A DNA stretch of 63,896 nt, the filler included, from an uncultured Methanosarcinales archaeon (lineage in GTDB: Archaea; Nanobdellota; Nanobdellia; Woesearchaeales; CAYXTQ01): NCBI GenBank assembly GCA_964608065.1. It is 4 parts of 4 records of this genome, joined end to end, with 100 filler letters (N's around TTAATTAATTAA, not from the genome) between each part and the next. Parts side by side here need not be neighbours in the genome. Positions count along the whole stretch, not along the records: positions 18,181 to 35,822 come from CAZSMA010000023.1; 3 more parts are not named here. One strand, written 5' to 3'. This document shows, in pieces, positions 19,275-28,773 of this stretch (its first letter is position 1; each line of letters opens with the position of its first letter). A model generated the notes under the pieces. It had not been told where the DNA came from. It did no database searches and worked only from the letters and a program-made list of their open reading frames with translations. The translations under genes were made by a program, and so were the position numbers.

Positions 19275-21894
19275 AATCCATAACAAAACAATAAAAGACA
19301 TTTTTAAAGAATTGAAAACAGATGAAAAAGGATTATCAGAGAAAGAAGTAAAATCAAGGCAGGAAACTTACGGCTTGAATGAAATAAAAGAGAAAAAAAA
19401 AGTATCTCCATTAAAGATATTTCTATCACAATTCACTGATTTTATAATAATAATTCTGATTATAGCATTAGTAATCTCATTCATAATAGGAGAAAAACTT
19501 GATGCATTAGTCATAGGAATTATATTGATTATCAACGCAATTGTTGGATTCAGGCAGGAGTATAAAGCTGAGAAAGCAATTGAAGCATTAAAAAAATTAG
19601 CGTCATTAAAAGCTAAAGTGGTAAGAGATACTGAGCAAAAAGAAGTTGACTCAATAAATTTAGTTCCCGGAGATATCATCATGCTGGAAACAGGAGATAA
19701 AATACCTGCAGATGCAAGACTAATTGAAGTAATAAACTTGCAAACCCAGGAATCTTCTCTGACAGGAGAATCCACACCTGTCTCGAAGCATATAAAATTG
19801 CTGGAAGACAAAACAACAATAGCAGACAGAAAAAATATGGTTTTTTCTGGAACAATAATAACAAAAGGAAGAGCAAAAGCTGTTGTAACCTCTACAGGAA
19901 TGAATTCTCAGATTGGAAAAGTAGCTTCACTTATTCAAGAAGAGCCTCAAAAACTTACACCTTTACAACTAAAATTAGAAAAGCTTGGAAAAAAGATTGG
20001 AATAATAACTATAGCTATCTTGATTATTGTATTTGTTGCAGGAATCCTTACAGGACAGCCTATATTAAAGATGTTTATGGCTGCTGTCAGCTTGGCTGTA
20101 GCAGCAATTCCAGAAGGATTGCCTGTAGTAGTTACAGTCAGCCTTGCTTTAGGAGTTAGAAGGATGGTGAAAAGCCATGCTTTGGTAAGAAAACTACCCT
20201 CTGTTGAAACATTAGGTTCAACAACCATAATTTGTACTGATAAGACAGGCACATTGACATGCGACCAAATGACTGTCAGAAAACTTTATGTTAACAATAA
20301 AGTTATAGAAGTTTCTGGTTCTGGTTATGAAACCAAAGGAGCATTTCATATTAAGAATAAATTAATTGATCCTAGGCCATTAAACTTATTATTAAAGATA
20401 GGAACATTATGCAATAATTCTTCATTTACTGAAAAAGATGTTATGGGAGATCCAACTGAAGCTGCTTTAATAGTTTCTGCAGCAAAAGCACAGCTTTTGA
20501 AAGAGGATTTGGAGAAAAATAATCCAAGGTTAGATGAACTGCCTTTTGATTCTGAAAGAAAAAGAATGTCAACATTGAATAAGATAAACAATAAAAAAAC
20601 AATGCTTTGCAAAGGAGCTCCTGATGTTGTTCTTGAACTTTGTGACAGGATATTGATTAATGACCAAATTAAAAGATTGACAAGGCCAATGAAAAAAAGT
20701 ATTTTAAAACAAAATGAAAATTTTGCTAAAGAAGCATTAAGAGTATTAGGGTTTGCATATAAAGAAAGCTCTAAAATCGAGGAGAAGAATCTGATATTTG
20801 TTGGGTTGCAGGCAATGATTGATCCTCCAAGGCCTGAAGTTAAAGAAGCAATAAAAAAATGCAAGAAAGCTGGAATCAAGGTTGTAATGATAACGGGTGA
20901 TTATAAGGGAACTGCAGTTGCTATAGCTAATGAGCTTGGAATTAAAGGACAATCTATAACAGGCCAGGAATTGGATGAACTGAAAAACTTTGATAAAAAG
21001 GTTGAAGATATTTCAATTTATGCAAGAGTCAACCCTGAGCATAAAACAAAGATAATAGATGCTTTAAGAGCAAAAGGACATGTTATTGCAATGACTGGAG
21101 ATGGTGTTAATGATGCTCCTGCTCTGAAGAAAGCAGATATTGGTATAGCAATGGGCATTACAGGAACTGATGTAAGCAAAGAAGCATCTGATATGATTTT
21201 AACAGATGATAATTTTAATTCTATTGTAGGTGCAGTTGAGGAAGGCAGAGGTGTTTATGATAATATTAAGAAATTTTTTGCATTTTTAATTTCTGGCAAT
21301 ATAGGGGAAGTTATGATTATATTTTTAGCAATAATATTCGGATGGCCTTTGCCAATGACAGCAACACAGATATTATTGATAAATTTGGTGACAGATGGGT
21401 TGCCAGCTACAGCTTTAGGAGCAGATCCATTTGAGCCAAATGCAATGTCCAGGAAACCTAGGGATAAAAAAGAAGCAATATACAAAGGTCTTAACCATTT
21501 TATTGTATGGTATCCTTTAATTATGATAATAGTGACATTAGCATTGTTTTATTTTACATACAAAACATCAGGAAATCTGTTAAAAGCACAGACTGTTACA
21601 TTTTTGACAATAGCAATGTTTGAGATGTACCAGGCATTTGCATCAAGATCTACTAGGTTCTCAAGCTTTAGAGTAGGAATCTTTAAGAATAAATGGTTAG
21701 TTGGAGCTGTATTAACTTCATTGTTAGTGTCAATAGCAGTAATCTATGTTCCATTTTTACAACCCTTGTTCGACACATTTCCATTGACTGCAATAGAATT
21801 TGCTGTAGTGACTGTGTTATCAAGCTTAGGATTTATTTACCTAGAGATTTATAAGAACTGGAAGACTGGAAAGATAGCTATTAGTCTTGAATAA
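19267..21894 (+). CDS. P-type cation (Ca2+) ATPase, type IIA
   Basis: TGES, PEGL, DKTGTLT, GDGVND. Confidence 0.95.
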   Translation: MIKIHNKTIKDIFKELKTDEKGLSEKEVKSRQETYGLNEIKEKKKVSPLKIFLSQFTDFIIIILIIALVISFIIGEKLDALVIGIILIINAIVGFRQEYKAEKAIEALKKLASLKAKVVRDTEQKEVDSINLVPGDIIMLETGDKIPADARLIEVINLQTQESSLTGESTPVSKHIKLLEDKTTIADRKNMVFSGTIITKGRAKAVVTSTGMNSQIGKVASLIQEEPQKLTPLQLKLEKLGKKIGIITIAILIIVFVAGILTGQPILKMFMAAVSLAVAAIPEGLPVVVTVSLALGVRRMVKSHALVRKLPSVETLGSTTIICTDKTGTLTCDQMTVRKLYVNNKVIEVSGSGYETKGAFHIKNKLIDPRPLNLLLKIGTLCNNSSFTEKDVMGDPTEAALIVSAAKAQLLKEDLEKNNPRLDELPFDSERKRMSTLNKINNKKTMLCKGAPDVVLELCDRILINDQIKRLTRPMKKSILKQNENFAKEALRVLGFAYKESSKIEEKNLIFVGLQAMIDPPRPEVKEAIKKCKKAGIKVVMITGDYKGTAVAIANELGIKGQSITGQELDELKNFDKKVEDISIYARVNPEHKTKIIDALRAKGHVIAMTGDGVNDAPALKKADIGIAMGITGTDVSKEASDMILTDDNFNSIVGAVEEGRGVYDNIKKFFAFLISGNIGEVMIIFLAIIFGWPLPMTATQILLINLVTDGLPATALGADPFEPNAMSRKPRDKKEAIYKGLNHFIVWYPLIMIIVTLALFYFTYKTSGNLLKAQTVTFLTIAMFEMYQAFASRSTRFSSFRVGIFKNKWLVGAVLTSLLVSIAVIYVPFLQPLFDTFPLTAIEFAVVTVLSSLGFIYLEIYKNWKTGKIAISLE

Positions 21895-21896
21895 AT

Positions 21897-23588
21897 ATGA
21901 AAGAACAATTTTATCAAGAAATAACTGGAATTTTAAAGAAAGAGAACTTAGATAAAGATAAATTATCCAGGTTAAAGATTAAACTCTGCAAGAAATATAA
22001 ATTAAAAAAAATTCCTACAGATATAGAGATTTTGCTGAATATTCCTGAAAAATATATTCCAAGATTAAAGAAACAGTTGTTAACAAAACCAGTAAGAACT
22101 ATTTCTGGAGTGGCTGTTGTTGCTATAATGACTAAACCATTTCCTTGCCCACATGCTAAGACAGTAGGACCATGCATTTATTGTCCTGGAGGCCCTAAAA
22201 GCTATTTTGGAACTGTCCCACAAAGCTATACAGGAAAAGAGCCAGCTACAAGAAGAGCTATAAGGAATAAGTATGATCCATATTTACAAGTAATGAATAG
22301 GTTAGAGCAGTATATTGTTACAGGTCATGTTCCTGATAAGATTGAATTAATTATAATGGGAGGGACATTTCCTTCTTTTCCAAAGAAATACCAGGAAGAA
22401 TTTGTTAAATATGCATTCAAGGCTATGAATGATTTTTCTGGATTGTTTTTTAAAAAAAAATTTGATTTTGTTGAGTTCAAGAAATATTTTGAATTGCCTG
22501 GAAATATTGAAGATAAGAAAAGAACTTTAAGGATACAAAGGAAATTAGCAAAATTAAAAATAAAAACAACATTAGAGAAAGAGCAATTGAAGAATGAAAA
22601 CTCTAAAATCAAGTGTGTTGGATTAACTATAGAGACAAGGCCTGATTATGCAAAACTGAAAGAAGCTAATTTTATGCTGAAATTAGGATGCACAAGAGTT
22701 GAGCTTGGAGTTCAGACAATTTATGATGATGTTTTAAAAAAAATTCAAAGAGGGCATACTGTTGAAGATTCTGTTGAAGCTACAAAGATTCTGAAGGATG
22801 TTGGATTTAAGATAAATTATCACTGGATGCCTGGATTGCCTTCAGTAACTGCTAAACAAGACTTAAGAGCTTTTGAAGAGTTGTTTATTAACCAGGACTT
22901 TAAGCCAGATATGTTGAAAATATATCCTTGCATGGTGTTAAAAGGAACAAAACTGTATAATTTATGGAAGAAAGGAAAATATAATCCATTAACAACTAAG
23001 AAAGCTGCTGATTTAATTATAAAGTTTAAGAAATATGTTCCAGAGTATTGCAGGATCATGAGAGTACAGAGAGATATTCCGACTATGATGACAGAATCAG
23101 GAGTTGACAGGACTAATCTGAGGCAGTATATTCATGATAAAAAAGTAAAATGTAAATGCATAAGATGCAGAGAGCCAAAGTTAAAACAAGTTAACTTAAA
23201 AAAAACAGAAATTATAGTGAGAGGATATCCTGCATCTGATGGTGTTGAGTTTTTTATTTCTTTAGAAGATGTTAAAAATGATATTATAGTCGGGTTTTGC
23301 AGATTAAGGTTTCCTTCAGGGTTCTTAAGAGATGAGATAAACTCTGAAAGTGCTTTAATACGTGAGTTGCATGTTTATGGTGTTGCAACAGCTATTGGTA
23401 AGGAGAAACACCTGCAGCACAAAGGTATAGGGAAAGTGCTGTTAAAAGAAGCTGAGGATATCTGTAAGACTTATTATAAGAATAAGATAGTTGTAATATC
23501 TGGTGTGGGGGCCAGGAATTATTATAGGAAGTTAGGCTATAAAAGAGACGGTCCTTATATGGTTAAGAAAATTACGAAAAATATTTAA
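21897..23588 (+). CDS. elp3: Elp3 tRNA U34 acetyltransferase (radical SAM + KAT)
   Basis: CPH..CIYCPGG, PQSYTG, IETRPD, IRELHVYG, QHKGIG. Confidence 0.95.
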   Translation: MKEQFYQEITGILKKENLDKDKLSRLKIKLCKKYKLKKIPTDIEILLNIPEKYIPRLKKQLLTKPVRTISGVAVVAIMTKPFPCPHAKTVGPCIYCPGGPKSYFGTVPQSYTGKEPATRRAIRNKYDPYLQVMNRLEQYIVTGHVPDKIELIIMGGTFPSFPKKYQEEFVKYAFKAMNDFSGLFFKKKFDFVEFKKYFELPGNIEDKKRTLRIQRKLAKLKIKTTLEKEQLKNENSKIKCVGLTIETRPDYAKLKEANFMLKLGCTRVELGVQTIYDDVLKKIQRGHTVEDSVEATKILKDVGFKINYHWMPGLPSVTAKQDLRAFEELFINQDFKPDMLKIYPCMVLKGTKLYNLWKKGKYNPLTTKKAADLIIKFKKYVPEYCRIMRVQRDIPTMMTESGVDRTNLRQYIHDKKVKCKCIRCREPKLKQVNLKKTEIIVRGYPASDGVEFFISLEDVKNDIIVGFCRLRFPSGFLRDEINSESALIRELHVYGVATAIGKEKHLQHKGIGKVLLKEAEDICKTYYKNKIVVISGVGARNYYRKLGYKRDGPYMVKKITKNI

Positions 23589-23614
23589 ATAGACTTTAAA
23601 TCAGAAACCCTTAT

Positions 23615-23794
23615 GCCCTGGTAGCTTAGTGGTTGGAGCGTGCGACTGTTACTTTAAAAGTGGACATCGCAAGGTCGCCAGTTCAAAACAACTGGTTACG
23701 CTCGGTTGACACGCAAGGTGCGACATTTTGCTTCGCAAAAGTCCCACTTGCTCACTAATCGTTCGCAATCAGTGTGAAAGTCTGGCCCGGGGCG
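23615..23794 (+). tRNA. tRNA-Asn(GTT) with two introns: 14 nt at 37/38 (23652-23665) and 93 nt at 59/60 (23688-23780)
   Basis: acceptor GCCCTGG/CCGGGGC, anticodon stem TGCGA/TCGCA, T stem GCCAG/CTGGC; T-loop intron forms BHB TTCA-AA|A...TGAA-AG|T. Confidence 0.88.
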
Positions 23795-23806
23795 TTTTTT
23801 TTATTT

Positions 23807-24919
23807 TTATTTTTCTTTAAGCAAATGTTCTATTGTTGATGCCTGGTGGTCTACTTCCGTAGGGTCTAACGTATAAATCCTGCAGCCGTTCTTTCTTCTA
23901 AAACATCTAAGAACGCTTTCTGTTCTTCCCCAAACATTTTCAGGATCTTCATCTAGACCAGATATATTAGCTCCTCTTTGAGCCAAAATTTTTCTGTTTG
24001 ATGCAATATTTTCTAGAAGTACTGGCTCCTCAATTGGGTTCTTTCCTCTTATTGTAAATGAACCTAATTGTGTGTCGTGGACTGACTGAAGTTCCTGACA
24101 TTTTTCCTGAAGCTTGCTGGCTAATTCATCTTTTAATTCTTTAGGTGACAATTGTTTGTTTTCTGCAGAAAATGCCTCACTAGAGATAGGTTCTCCAAAA
24201 TTAACTGTGACTCCTATTTTTGGGTCTTGTTTTAAAGAGCTTAGATAAATATAAGGCCAATCATAAACATAGTACTTTGCTTTATTTATCTTATTTATTA
24301 TCCCTTTTCTGCTTGATTTATATTTTCTTAATAAAGGTAGATTGTCAATAACTTTTTCATAAGAGATGTTAACAGGAACAAAATATATATTTTTTCCTGC
24401 TTTTTCTGCAGCATCCATCATTACTCCAATTGAACCTGAGCTAAATCTGACAAATTTCCCTGTATAGCTTCTTCCTTTTTCAGGAAACACAACTATATTT
24501 TCTTCATCTAATAAAAGCTGCCGAGTGTAGTCTATAAGGGTTTTGATAAAGTTTTCTTTGTTTTCAGGGTGCCTTAGAATTTTATAACCTTTACATTTCC
24601 TTATCTTATCATCAAAATTAATAAGTGAAAACAAGTTTATGAAAAGATTATCTCCTCCTGCAGTTGCAGCAACTTTCATGCCTTCCTTGTAGAAGATAAA
24701 TGGCAATACAAAATAATCCAGGTGGCTCCTATGATTGGGAGTAAATACAATGTTTACTTCATTTCCTAAGCTTTTGATGGGTTCAATTCCAGAATAGTGT
24801 ATTCCATCTTCTCCAAAAAATCTATTCAAAAATGCTATTCCTTTTGGAACTACCTTTTCATAATAATACTTAGAATCAAATCTATGTGCTATATCCTCCT
24901 GCGTGATTAGTTTACCCAT
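23807..24919 (-). CDS. glycerol-3-phosphate/DHAP acyltransferase-like protein (PlsB/PlsC superfamily)
   Basis: NHRSHLD, AGGDNL, FPEKGRSYTG, VPVNISYE. Confidence 0.85.
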   Translation of the reverse strand: MGKLITQEDIAHRFDSKYYYEKVVPKGIAFLNRFFGEDGIHYSGIEPIKSLGNEVNIVFTPNHRSHLDYFVLPFIFYKEGMKVAATAGGDNLFINLFSLINFDDKIRKCKGYKILRHPENKENFIKTLIDYTRQLLLDEENIVVFPEKGRSYTGKFVRFSSGSIGVMMDAAEKAGKNIYFVPVNISYEKVIDNLPLLRKYKSSRKGIINKINKAKYYVYDWPYIYLSSLKQDPKIGVTVNFGEPISSEAFSAENKQLSPKELKDELASKLQEKCQELQSVHDTQLGSFTIRGKNPIEEPVLLENIASNRKILAQRGANISGLDEDPENVWGRTESVLRCFRRKNGCRIYTLDPTEVDHQASTIEHLLKEK

Positions 24920-25025
24920 ATTTAGTTCAAGTTTACTGCTATTTTTAAAAACATTTCTATAATCCAATAAGCATTATCAAAACCATAAGCTTTATAAAAA
25001 TCATAAAATTCCAATAGCTAACAAC

Positions 25026-25134
25026 GGGCCTGTAGCATAGTCTGGTTGGTGCGCTCGAGGCTAACGCCGGCGAAACTGATATCCAAATCAGGCTAGAAAT
25101 CGAGTGGTCCCGTGTTCAAATCACGGCAGGCCCA
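25026..25134 (+). tRNA. tRNA-Ile(GAT) with two 17-nt introns: 30/31 (25058-25074) and 37/38 (25082-25098)
   Basis: GGGCCTG/CAGGCCC acceptor, CCGTG-TTCAAAT-CACGG T arm; BHB CGCT-CG|A-GGC..GCC-GGCG-AA|A. Confidence 0.85.
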
Positions 25135-25181
25135 TTTTATTCCCATAAGATTAATATACAACTTTGGTTTCTTTAGAACAG

Positions 25182-26726
25182 ATGAACAAAAAGATAAAAC
25201 TTATTACTGATAATCATGCATTAAACCTAGCTTTAGATACAATTAATTTGCAAAAACAAGCTTTAGTGTTTGTAAACACTAAAAGGTCTGCTGAGAAGCT
25301 TGCAGAAGAGATTTCAAGGAAATTAAAAATAAAAAAAAATAAAGAAGTTTCAGAGAGAATATTAAAAGCAATTTCTAGACCAACAAAACAATGTATAAGA
25401 TTATCTGAATGTGTAGAGAAAGGCATTGCTTTCCATCATGCTGGTTTAACATATAAACAAAAAGAAATTGTGGAAAATAGCTTCAGAAAAGGAGAAATCA
25501 AGGTTATTTGTTCTACCCCAACGTTGGCAATGGGCTTAGATCTCCCAGCTTTCAGAACAATAATCAGGGATTTAAGAAGATACACTCACCATGGTTTAGC
25601 ATGGATTCCAGTTTTGGAATATTTGCAGCAAGCTGGAAGAGCAGGAAGACCTAAATTTGATAAATTTGGAGAAGCGATTGCAGTTGCCAGTACTGAGCCA
25701 GAAAAAGAAAAGATAGTGGAAATGTACCTTAATGGAGAGCCAGAAAAAATATATTCAAAATTAGCAGTAGAGCCTGTTTTAAGGATGTATCTATTGTCAT
25801 TAATATCAACAAGATTTGTAAAAACAAAGAAACAAATCCTGGATTTCTTTGAAAAAACATTCTGGGCTTATCAGTTTAAGGATATGGAAAAATTAGAAGT
25901 TAATATAACAAAAATACTTAATTTATTGGAAGAGTTTGAGTTTATATCTTCTACACAGGAAGAGTTTGCTTCTGCAGATGAATTAGATGATATTAAATAT
26001 AAGCCGACCATACTTGGAAAAAGGGTTGCTGAGCTGTATATTGATCCATTAACAGCTTATAATTTTATTGTCTGCCTAAGGAAAGCTACTGCAAAGAAAG
26101 CTGTAAAAGCATTCTCATTTTTACAAATGGTTTCTAATACTTTAGAAATAAGGCCTTTGTTAAGGACAAAAGTTAAGGAATATGAATATATCCAGGAAAA
26201 ATTAACATATTACAATGAGATTATATTGAGTGAAGAGCCCTCAATGTTTGATCATGATTATGATGATTTTTTGAATTCTATAAAAACAGCTTTGTTTTTT
26301 TTAGATTGGGTTAATGAAAAAGATGAAGAATTTTTATTAGAAACTTATGGAATACGACCTGGTGAAATTAGAGCAAAATTAGAATTAGCAGATTGGTTGT
26401 TGTATGCAACAGAGGAAATTGCCAAATTATTAAAATTACAGCCATTAGTTAAAGAGATAATCAAATTAAGATTTAGGATAAAACATGGAGCTAAAGAAGA
26501 GTTATTGGCTTTACTGAAACTAAAAGATATAGGAAGAGTAAGAGCAAGAAGACTGTATTTTAATAGAATTAAAGATATAGGAGATGTTAAGAAAGCAGAT
26601 ATTACAAAATTAAGGCAGATATTAGGAGAGAAAATTGCTGTAAGTGTAAAACAACAGGTTGGTCAGGAAGTTAAGCCTATAAAGAAAGGGACAAGAAAAG
26701 GTCAGTTAAGTTTAAGTAACTATTAA
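25182..26726 (+). CDS. Hel308/Ski2-like helicase lacking the N-terminal RecA1 domain
   Basis: AFHHAGL, TPTLAMGLDLPA, QAGRAGRP, C-terminal HhH; no Walker A or DExH. Confidence 0.85.
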   Translation: MNKKIKLITDNHALNLALDTINLQKQALVFVNTKRSAEKLAEEISRKLKIKKNKEVSERILKAISRPTKQCIRLSECVEKGIAFHHAGLTYKQKEIVENSFRKGEIKVICSTPTLAMGLDLPAFRTIIRDLRRYTHHGLAWIPVLEYLQQAGRAGRPKFDKFGEAIAVASTEPEKEKIVEMYLNGEPEKIYSKLAVEPVLRMYLLSLISTRFVKTKKQILDFFEKTFWAYQFKDMEKLEVNITKILNLLEEFEFISSTQEEFASADELDDIKYKPTILGKRVAELYIDPLTAYNFIVCLRKATAKKAVKAFSFLQMVSNTLEIRPLLRTKVKEYEYIQEKLTYYNEIILSEEPSMFDHDYDDFLNSIKTALFFLDWVNEKDEEFLLETYGIRPGEIRAKLELADWLLYATEEIAKLLKLQPLVKEIIKLRFRIKHGAKEELLALLKLKDIGRVRARRLYFNRIKDIGDVKKADITKLRQILGEKIAVSVKQQVGQEVKPIKKGTRKGQLSLSNY

Positions 26727-26727
26727 A

Positions 26728-27231
26728 ATGATTAAAGCAAAATTGTTTATTGGAATTTTGTATAATAAGAAAGAGGTTTATGATAATGTTTTAAAAGAGT
26801 TAATTGAAAAATTTGGTTCATTAGAGAAAGATTCTATTGAATATGATTTTGAGCAATATACTAATTATTATGAAAAAGAGATGGGCAAGAAATTATTAAA
26901 AAAAATAATTGTCTTTAAAGGGCTAATTAATAGAGAAGATTTAGCTGATATTAAAGTTTATACAAACAAATTAGAGGATAAATATTCTGTCAATAAAAAA
27001 AGAACTATAAATTTAGACCCAGGATACTTAACAAAAGAACAAATAGTTCTAGCTTCAGTCAAAAACCGCACTTATAAGATTTACATTGGTAAGGGCGTCT
27101 TTGCCCATTTAATCTATACTTTTGATGGAGATAAAGTTATAGGATGGTTAAGAACATTTCCTGATTTTAGAGATGAGAAAGTTCAGGAGTTTTTTGTTGG
27201 GGTTAAGAATAGAATAAATAGTTTAATTTAA
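26728..27231 (+). CDS. DUF4416 family protein
   Basis: YYEKEMG, RTINLDPGY, TFPDF. Confidence 0.85.
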   Translation: MIKAKLFIGILYNKKEVYDNVLKELIEKFGSLEKDSIEYDFEQYTNYYEKEMGKKLLKKIIVFKGLINREDLADIKVYTNKLEDKYSVNKKRTINLDPGYLTKEQIVLASVKNRTYKIYIGKGVFAHLIYTFDGDKVIGWLRTFPDFRDEKVQEFFVGVKNRINSLI

Positions 27232-28166
27232 AAAAAATCTCGCATCATATCAATAGTGTATTCTGCCCTTACTTCTCCTTTTTCTAATTTTACATTTTCT
27301 GCAGAATATCCTTTTTCATGAGCTTCTTTTATGTATTGAGCTAAATTTTTTCCATTAATCTCTTTATCTTTTTTTTGTTCGATAAAGAAATAAAGTGCAA
27401 TCTGTGGAGCAGGTGCATTTACAAGATATTTAAAAGCGTCTTCCACTACTCCAAGAGAAGGATCCTCAAAACTTCCAACAGCTTCATTAAATCTTGATTT
27501 GATTGGGTCAAAATGTGAATCTTTTATTGAATCTAAAAATAAATCTCTTTCTTTTCCATATACATAATCCGGATTTGCAATTGCGTCTACTAAATACATA
27601 AGAAATAAATTTGCACTGCCACCCTCCCATGCCCCTTCAATTCTATTTTGGTTGTATATTTCAAAGTCTTTTTTTGTTAGGCCAGCAGATTCCAAGAATT
27701 CATCTTTATATAAATTGGGTAAATGCTCAAAAACAGTCCTTTCTGCAATCGCTTCTTTTGCCCACTTAGAATCTAACCAGTGAAATTTTACATCTTTTTC
27801 TTGCCAGAACTGATCGTTTATATAATGCAGATGCTCATGAAATGCAGAAGACAACAAAGAAACTAAGTGGGTTTTTCTCAAATTTTTAGGAAATTTAATT
27901 CCAATAGCACCATAATCATAAACAGCGTCAGCGTTATTTTCCATCATACTTTCCAAATGTCTACTGTATTTTTGTGTATCCACCCCATTTTCCTTAATTT
28001 GGTTTAATGATTCGTCCTCCCTTATTGCAAACCATTCAGGAACTGCAAAATTAACTTCAATTAAACTATTTGTAGAGGATACTGTTTCTTCTAATAACTT
28101 AGAACAAAGACTATTCATCCTTTCAACAGTAAGTTCAGATCCAAATTCTTCTTTAATATTATCCAT
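27228..28166 (-). CDS. hypothetical protein with HExxH motif (putative metallopeptidase)
   Basis: FHEHLH followed by downstream KEAIAE. Confidence 0.6.
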   Translation of the reverse strand: MDNIKEEFGSELTVERMNSLCSKLLEETVSSTNSLIEVNFAVPEWFAIREDESLNQIKENGVDTQKYSRHLESMMENNADAVYDYGAIGIKFPKNLRKTHLVSLLSSAFHEHLHYINDQFWQEKDVKFHWLDSKWAKEAIAERTVFEHLPNLYKDEFLESAGLTKKDFEIYNQNRIEGAWEGGSANLFLMYLVDAIANPDYVYGKERDLFLDSIKDSHFDPIKSRFNEAVGSFEDPSLGVVEDAFKYLVNAPAPQIALYFFIEQKKDKEINGKNLAQYIKEAHEKGYSAENVKLEKGEVRAEYTIDMMRDFF

Positions 28167-28279
28167 ACTACAAAAACAGAAAGTAACATATATATAAATC
28201 TTTCCATTCATAACTACTCTAAAGTAACTAAATATTTAATAATAATATTTATAAACCAAGCAGAAATCATATGCTTTAT

Positions 28280-28364
28280 GCCCTTGTAGTATAGTGAACA
28301 GAATAGAACCCTGCGGTTCCTAAGCTGAAAGGTTCAGACCCGGGTTTAATTCCCGGCAAGGGCG
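28280..28364 (+). tRNA. tRNA-Arg(GCG) with 13-nt intron at 37/38 (28317-28329)
   Basis: GCCCTTG/CAAGGGC, GAACC/GGTTC, CCGGG/CCCGG stems; atypical D and T loops. Confidence 0.8.
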
Positions 28365-28432
28365 TATTTATATCTATTCAGTAGTAACAAAAACAAAAGA
28401 TTTATAAAGATAAACATTTTACAATTAGTAAA

Positions 28433-28642
28433 ATGATGAAACCTCTTGAAAGAATAGTTGTAACCTATGATGGTATATATGATATGTCTATGTTTAAGGG
28501 ACAGAATAAAGTGGCTTTCACAAGCCTTAAAAATGGTAGTTCAGGAGCTATGAACTTAGGACAATGGTCTGAATATATGCCGACTGGAAAAAAGATAAAT
28601 GATAAGGATGTTTACGTCTTGAAAAAAAAGTATAGAAAATAA
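28433..28642 (+). CDS. hypothetical protein
   Basis: 69 aa, TTTATAAA upstream. Confidence 0.5.
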   Translation: MMKPLERIVVTYDGIYDMSMFKGQNKVAFTSLKNGSSGAMNLGQWSEYMPTGKKINDKDVYVLKKKYRK

Positions 28643-28773
28643 AAGAAAAAAAAAAAAAAAAAAAATAAAAGTTTCACTTCTTCTGCCCATAAAAAAAATA
28701 AATAATAAGGAGGTTTACAAATTAAAAAAAAAAAATAGAAAAAAAAAAAAAAAAAAAAAAAAAAATAAAAGTT

